Below are positions 63,646-64,000 of a stretch of 64,000 nucleotides of DNA, piece after piece; positions within the stretch are counted from its first letter, which is position 1, and each line of letters opens with the position of its first letter. Location of the stretch: positions 44,268,001-44,332,000 of the forward strand of contig OX597824.1 in NCBI GenBank assembly GCA_951406725.2. The letters are read 5' to 3'. The notes under the pieces are model-generated. The model was not told the DNA's origin. It was given only the letters and a program-made list of their open reading frames with translations, and ran no database searches. Origin of the DNA: Octopus vulgaris. Taxonomy: Eukaryota. Made by a program: the position numbers and the translations under genes.

Positions 63646-63686
<41 letters not shown>

Positions 63687-63708
63687 CACACAAATACATA
63701 CATAAATA

Positions 63709-64000
63709 CAGGGTGCAGTGAATAAACTGTTGTCTAAATTACATTAAAATGAAAATAACACTGACATCTCATTTTAACATATATTTACCAAAATTACATA
63801 AAAATATCTTGAAATACTAAAGAGTAAATTTATTCAATAAAATCACCATTAGGTTCAACCATGGCTTCCAGATGACTTTGGAATCTCCTGCAACTCTTCT
63901 GGACAGTCTCCTTGTTTAAGTTGGTGAATGCTGCCATAATCCTTGCCTTCAGTTCATCTTTACTGTTACAAGGAGTTCTGTCAGTCTTTCATTCAACTGC
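63709..64000 (-). mobile_element. maT (DD37D) transposon 3' end, same family as 29885-30768, runs off the window
   Basis: TA|CAGGGTGCAGTGAATAAACTG; reverse complement matches about 30490-30768. Confidence 0.9.

Overview
AT-rich, microsatellite-dense eukaryotic DNA that is intronic or intergenic. The SINE/LINE repertoire suggests a coleoid cephalopod, most likely Octopus (inference). No complete host gene is present. The only host-gene traces are one probable terminal coding exon (3234-3300) and a CpG-retaining, repeat-poor region (about 24-28.4 kb) that may be a promoter. Most listed ORFs are microsatellite translations or transposon fragments. The window contains several copies of an RTE LINE that has a PHD finger inserted in its RT and a tandem stem-loop array in its 3' UTR. 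It also holds CR1, R4/Dong and Rex3-like LINE relics, Tc1, mariner, maT, hAT and piggyBac-type DNA elements, and two abundant tRNA-SINE families. The main feature not explained by the ORF track is about 12 type I hammerhead-ribozyme motifs from several sequence families. They sit in short non-coding units usually bordered by (TA)n, and two pairs form head-to-head palindromes. This fits Penelope-like pseudo-LTR or retrozyme relics. Two hammerheads (53764-53851 and 38796-38849) have intact cores.
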